This document shows, one piece after another, positions 59,405 through 64,000 of a stretch of DNA of 64,000 nt. The stretch comes from Fibrobacteria bacterium. Lineage in GTDB: Bacteria > Fibrobacterota > Chitinivibrionia > Chitinivibrionales > FEN-1185. The stretch is from the NCBI GenBank assembly GCA_037447435.1, contig JBBIGR010000005.1, forward strand, positions 32,001 through 96,000, in the 5' to 3' direction. The stretch's first letter is position 1. Every line of letters starts with the position of its first letter. The notes beneath the pieces are model-generated. The model did no database searches and had not been told where the DNA came from. It was given only the letters and a program-made list of their open reading frames with translations. A program made the position numbers and the translations under genes.

Positions 59405-60558
59405 CAGAAAATTCTCCTGGCTTTCCTTATATAGAGGTTTCTCTCGACAATTTGCTTTTCAACCTCGATCAATTACGTCTGGCAAGCCCGTACGTAAAGG
59501 ACGTGATAGCGGTTGTTAAAGATTGCGCCTACGGATGCGGCGCCATCGCCGTCTCAAAAGCGCTTGAGGCCCATGGAGTTCATTTTTTTGCCGTTGCAAA
59601 TTGCAAGGAAGCCCGGTCGCTCAGAAACAATGGCATTACATCCCCTATCCTTGTTTTTGGTGAATGCGGCAAAGATGAATTGCGGTGGGGTTCGAGTCAT
59701 AACATTCATTTTTCGCTTAATGATTGTGCCGACATTGCAGCATGGAAAACTGCCGATTTTGCGGTCCGTTTTCATTGCGAAATAGACACCGGAATGGGGC
59801 GGCTCGGACTAAACCCGACGGAAATAGGAAACGTGATTCACGCTGTAACGAACAGCGATCAAATTGTTTTTGAAGGCCTTTTCACCCATTTTGCCAATGC
59901 CGACGAACCGGCGACAAAAACAGTTGAAGCACAACTGAACATTTTCAAAATGGCAATTGCCAATTTCAAAGCCGGTGGACTTATACCGAAATACATTCAT
60001 TATGCAAACAGCGCTGCAACGATCCGATTCCCCTTTAAGGGAGAATGCACGCACATTCGACCGGGAATTTCCTTATACGGATGTAAACCGGATCCCAAAC
60101 AAATATTCCCCATTCCTCTTAAATCGGTTGTTCGTTTAAAATCGAAAATCATTAAAATTAAAAACGTTCCGGCAAACACCCCTATCAGCTACGGAGGAAC
60201 CTATACCACAAAGTCCGAAACAAAAATTGCTACGATTCCCCTCGGGTACGGAATAGGATTTCCAAGACAATTGAGCAATAAAGGTTCGGTTTTAATTGGC
60301 GGAAAACGATATGGAATTGCCGGCAGAGTTACAATGGATTACGTCATGGTGGATATCGGCTTTAATTCAAATATACAGGTAGACGATGAAGTCGTCGTTT
60401 TCGGTGACCAAGGCGATGAATGTATTACAGTCGACGAAGTCGCTTTATTAGCGGATACGATTGGTTATGAAATTTTATGCGGTTTAAGTCCGTGTCTTGA
60501 CAGAATATATGCGCAAGACGGAAAAATCGTTTCCCAAACACCGGGTTATTCATTTTAA
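59401..60558 (+). CDS. alr: Alanine racemase
   Basis: AVVKDCAYGCG, IDTGMGRLG, THFANAD, ANSAA, RPGISLYG, ISYG, GRVTMD, TIGYE. Confidence 0.92.
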   Translation: MTENSPGFPYIEVSLDNLLFNLDQLRLASPYVKDVIAVVKDCAYGCGAIAVSKALEAHGVHFFAVANCKEARSLRNNGITSPILVFGECGKDELRWGSSHNIHFSLNDCADIAAWKTADFAVRFHCEIDTGMGRLGLNPTEIGNVIHAVTNSDQIVFEGLFTHFANADEPATKTVEAQLNIFKMAIANFKAGGLIPKYIHYANSAATIRFPFKGECTHIRPGISLYGCKPDPKQIFPIPLKSVVRLKSKIIKIKNVPANTPISYGGTYTTKSETKIATIPLGYGIGFPRQLSNKGSVLIGGKRYGIAGRVTMDYVMVDIGFNSNIQVDDEVVVFGDQGDECITVDEVALLADTIGYEILCGLSPCLDRIYAQDGKIVSQTPGYSF

Positions 60559-60609
60559 TGACAATGCAATTCGATTTGTCACTATCAAACCCTCATAGGT
60601 ATCGCATCA

Positions 60610-62154
60610 ATGGATGAATGGTTGGAATTTTCCGAATTGGTGGAACGGGTACAGGAAATGTTGGAACTTGGTCTTTACGATGAGGCACGCTCCCTTTTAG
60701 AGAATTACCTTCCTCAATACCAGGATGAATGGGAAATTTATTTTTTGTATTCAAGGGTTTATCTCGAACAAAACGATCCTGAAAAAGCTATACCTTTTCT
60801 CCATAAAAGTTTAAAAATAGACAAAAAAAACCCGGATGTTTTGCTTGGCCTGTTTTATGCCTATTCGCAGGTTGATCAATTAAAACGAGCCTCAAAATAT
60901 TTGCTCCGCGCGGAAAAATATCATCCTGATTTAGAACCGGTTTTATGTGCACTCATTTGGTTTTATACCGAACAAAACAGATTTGATGAAGCTCTGCTGT
61001 GTTTTGATAAAGCGGTACGAATTGGGACAGATAATCCTGAAACATTTCGAAACGGCGGAGTTGCGTATGAAAGAACGGGACACTATGAAAATGCGGAACA
61101 TTGTTTTCTGACCGCATTGCAACTCAATCCCCAATTCGACGAAGTCCGTGACCTTTTGGCCGATCATTATGTTTTTCTTGGAGAAACATCCAAAAGCATC
61201 AAACTGTATCAGGATTACCTTCAAAAATCGCCGAAAAATATTAGGACATTATCTCGCCTGGTATTTTGCCTCACTCAAAACGAACAAATCACGGAAGCAT
61301 TGACTTTAGCACAACAGACCATAAAGCTATACCCGAATTCACCCGTCGGCTATGTTGATTGCGCATATGTCTATCTTAACGATAATAAATTCGATCAGGC
61401 ATTAACTTGTGCAAACCAAGCATTGGATGTTTCTCCAATAGACGCCGAAGCGCTACGCGTCAAAGCAATCATTTATACTGAAAAAAACGAGAATCAAAAT
61501 GCTCAAACGGCATTTGAAGCCGCGTTATCCATAGAACCCCAAAACACTGAAATAATGCGGGATTATTATCATCATTTACGCACGATTAACAATTTTGACA
61601 AGATGGAAAAACTTGTCTTTAGTGTTATTAAAATCGAACATCCGTATTGTATTGAAGATTATTGGTTTTTAGCGGATTATTATCGGGAAACCGGAGACAA
61701 TGTAAAAGCATTTCATTATTTGCATAAAGCATACACCAGTATGCCCGGTGAAAAAGAACTTATCCCGCCCATGGTCGATATTATGCTCGATACGGGTCAC
61801 GTATCGTATTCCATCCCCTTTCTCATGCAATATGTCGAACGAAGCGGATGGAACGAAGTAATGAATCAATTTGCTCGTCATAAGCGGCTAAAAGAAAAAT
61901 GGGCAAAGGAAGGCATCCGATTTCTCCGATTTTACGGTCAACGGTCTTCCGAGTTCCGAAAATATATTTTCTTTCAATATTTTGAAAAGTTCTTAAAATT
62001 ATCTCTCATCGTCGTTGTACCATTATGCGCCGCTTTCTTTTATTTTTTTTCCGGTATATGGGGTGTCGCAATTTCGATTTTATTCTTTGCACTATTATAT
62101 GCAGGATGGGAAATCGGTAAATTACTCGTACGCAAAAAGAAACCTTCCGACTAA
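60610..62154 (+). CDS. Tetratricopeptide repeat protein with C-terminal membrane hairpin
   Basis: Multiple TPR-like repeats (ALQLNPQ, ALDVSP, ALSIEP); two terminal hydrophobic helices. Confidence 0.85.
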   Translation: MDEWLEFSELVERVQEMLELGLYDEARSLLENYLPQYQDEWEIYFLYSRVYLEQNDPEKAIPFLHKSLKIDKKNPDVLLGLFYAYSQVDQLKRASKYLLRAEKYHPDLEPVLCALIWFYTEQNRFDEALLCFDKAVRIGTDNPETFRNGGVAYERTGHYENAEHCFLTALQLNPQFDEVRDLLADHYVFLGETSKSIKLYQDYLQKSPKNIRTLSRLVFCLTQNEQITEALTLAQQTIKLYPNSPVGYVDCAYVYLNDNKFDQALTCANQALDVSPIDAEALRVKAIIYTEKNENQNAQTAFEAALSIEPQNTEIMRDYYHHLRTINNFDKMEKLVFSVIKIEHPYCIEDYWFLADYYRETGDNVKAFHYLHKAYTSMPGEKELIPPMVDIMLDTGHVSYSIPFLMQYVERSGWNEVMNQFARHKRLKEKWAKEGIRFLRFYGQRSSEFRKYIFFQYFEKFLKLSLIVVVPLCAAFFYFFSGIWGVAISILFFALLYAGWEIGKLLVRKKKPSD

Positions 62155-62178
62155 AAAAAAGATGCTTTGGGGAACAAT

Positions 62179-62847
62179 ATGGAAACAATGGATTTTGCCG
62201 ATGAACCAAAAGTAGTTTCGTGGAAACAGACGGTCGAAAATGCCGGCTGCACGATACAAAACCTCCAGGCAATTTCCCTGCTTCATAAAAAATCGGGAGA
62301 ATTGCTATTTGCTTTATGCAATGCGAAAGTTGTGGACCCGTCTGGTACCACGCTACCGGGTTATATTTTTATCCGAGGAAGCGCCTGCATAATTGTACCC
62401 TTAATACGGAACTCCGACACTAAGGAAGAGCGGTTTTGTATGATATTGCAACGCAGAATCGGAAACGGAGCCGAAAACCTCGAATTCCCGGCAGGTATGC
62501 TTGACAGAAGAATCGATGCGGTCGAACAAGTGGCAATAAGCGAACTGCGGGAAGAAACAGGGCTTAAAATCCAGGCGCAGGACCTTCGGCCGCTCCATGA
62601 TGGTCCGTTGTATAGTTCCCCTGGGGCAAGCGACGAAGGCATTTTTTATTTTGGGTGTATTATCACTTTGAATAATTCTGAATTTAAATCGTTGGAAGGT
62701 AAACGGTGCGGTAATAAATCGGAAAATGAAAAGATCATAGTAACATTGTGCACACCGGAAGAAGCAGAAACAAAAACCGTATCATTGCAAGCTCGTTTAG
62801 GCCTTTGTCTTTTTACCGAATATCTAAGAAAGACCCGACGGGTTTAG
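62179..62847 (+). CDS. Nudix hydrolase (ADP-sugar pyrophosphatase-like)
   Basis: LEFPAGMLD..AISELREETGL Nudix box; YSSPGASDE. Confidence 0.88.
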   Translation: METMDFADEPKVVSWKQTVENAGCTIQNLQAISLLHKKSGELLFALCNAKVVDPSGTTLPGYIFIRGSACIIVPLIRNSDTKEERFCMILQRRIGNGAENLEFPAGMLDRRIDAVEQVAISELREETGLKIQAQDLRPLHDGPLYSSPGASDEGIFYFGCIITLNNSEFKSLEGKRCGNKSENEKIIVTLCTPEEAETKTVSLQARLGLCLFTEYLRKTRRV

Positions 62848-62906
62848 TCGGCTAATACTCTGTAAACCTCGGAAATATTAAATCATGGTTACACGGTAGA
62901 ATTCTC

Positions 62907-64000
62907 ATGAAAATAATAACTGGGAAAGAATTCATTACAACGCAATGTGGAGAATTACTCTCCGACGAGTCGCGATTTTCACTTGGTGTTCCGGAACAAG
63001 TCTGTTTTCCTGAAACCCTTGAAGATATCAGGAACATTGTTTTTCAAGCCAAGTTACAGGGAATTCCACTTTCCCTTATCGGCGGTAAAACCGGAATTAC
63101 GGGTGGAAGCGTTCCAATTGATGACTGTATAGCAATCAGTTTTTCGGAAATGTCTGCTATTAAATATGTTCTCCCGTTGCCCGACGGAAGCCCAATGCTT
63201 GTTTGTGAACCGGGAATTTCCCTGAATACAATAGATATTTTTTGCCAAAATCCAACAAAATGGCCCACAAAGGTTCAGGGTATTGAACGGCTTCTGCATA
63301 AGGCCTATATTTACACCCCTGATCCTACAGAAATGTCTGCACAACTCGGAGGGACGGTAGCAACAAACGCCTCCGGCGCACGATCGTACAAATACGGTTC
63401 GACTCGTGGGTTTATTGAAGAATTATCTCTTGTATTTTCGACCGGAGATACGATGACTCTTCGGCGTGGAACAAACATCGAAAAGAACGGTTTATTTACA
63501 TTTACAACCGATCAAGGAAACAATTATTCAATAAAAAAACCTGAATACAAATTTTTTGAACTAAAAAATGCAAGCGGTTATTTTAGCGACAAAAATATGG
63601 ACTTGATCGATTTATTTATCGGCTCAGAAGGAACATTGGCAATTTTTTACTCAATCGGAATCAGGCTCATTCCCAAACCAACGATTGTATCGGGTCTAAG
63701 TTTCTTTCCCGATTCTCAAAGCGCTTTTGCAGCCGCGGCTTTTTTCCGATCACAACCTCCTATAGCAGCCATAGAATATTTCGACTCAAGCGCGCTTTCG
63801 ATTCTAGAGAACTCAAGCGATGCAATGTCACTCGACCTCCCCCGTATTCCAACGGGAAAAACCGCGGCAATATACTGGGAGTTTACCGAAGAAAACTCCA
63901 TCACCTTCGAGTCATCTATAGACCTCTGGGAATCGATGTTGGTTCGGTTCGGATCGTCGATCGAATTGACCTGGAGCGGATTTACGGAAAATGAAATTCA
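62907..64000 (+). CDS. FAD-binding oxidoreductase (GlcD/D-lactate dehydrogenase family), truncated by window end; absent from the ORF track
   Basis: Manual translation from ATG 62907: GGKTGITGGSVP, PDPTEMSAQLGGTVATNASGARSYKYG, KNASGY, DLFIGSEGTL. Confidence 0.9.
   Translation, partial: MKIITGKEFITTQCGELLSDESRFSLGVPEQVCFPETLEDIRNIVFQAKLQGIPLSLIGGKTGITGGSVPIDDCIAISFSEMSAIKYVLPLPDGSPMLVCEPGISLNTIDIFCQNPTKWPTKVQGIERLLHKAYIYTPDPTEMSAQLGGTVATNASGARSYKYGSTRGFIEELSLVFSTGDTMTLRRGTNIEKNGLFTFTTDQGNNYSIKKPEYKFFELKNASGYFSDKNMDLIDLFIGSEGTLAIFYSIGIRLIPKPTIVSGLSFFPDSQSAFAAAAFFRSQPPIAAIEYFDSSALSILENSSDAMSLDLPRIPTGKTAAIYWEFTEENSITFESSIDLWESMLVRFGSSIELTWSGFTENEI

Noticed and set aside
1..64000. Mobile-element boundaries, tRNA, rRNA or CRISPR array explaining the cluster as an island
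   Set aside because: No integrase, transposase, att-like repeats, RNA genes or regularly spaced repeats were seen; the left edge of the cluster may lie outside the window.

Overview
The first ~41 kb form one coherent anaerobic respiration cluster in a diderm bacterium (possibly Fibrobacterota/FCB; that assignment is inference only). It encodes five multiheme c-type cytochromes (44 CxxCH plus 4 CxxxCH/CxxxxCH motifs, counted by eye). These include a predicted beta-barrel porin + decaheme + lipoprotein cytochrome conduit and a 19-heme CbcL-like cytochrome c/b fusion. The cluster also holds System II cytochrome c maturation (ResB/CcsA), heme biosynthesis that looks like a hybrid UroD-CgoX-CpfC-AhbD route, an AioXSR-like three-component sigma54 regulator and an 11-subunit-type complex I lacking NuoEFG. 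Two near-consensus sigma54 promoters are each preceded, at almost the same distance, by a tandem 14-bp near-palindromic box that recurs upstream of hemE; a perfect FNR-family box precedes a ygbA-like gene. The remaining ~23 kb are mostly ordinary genes: a frameshifted DMT permease with an attenuator-like leader, esterase, PAS hybrid kinase, NPCBM protein, RRM protein, GT39, patatin-Omp85, a HisKA-only sensor, proBA, hisI, eda, alr, TPR, Nudix and a truncated FAD oxidoreductase. I saw no rRNA, tRNA, CRISPR array, integrase or transposase.
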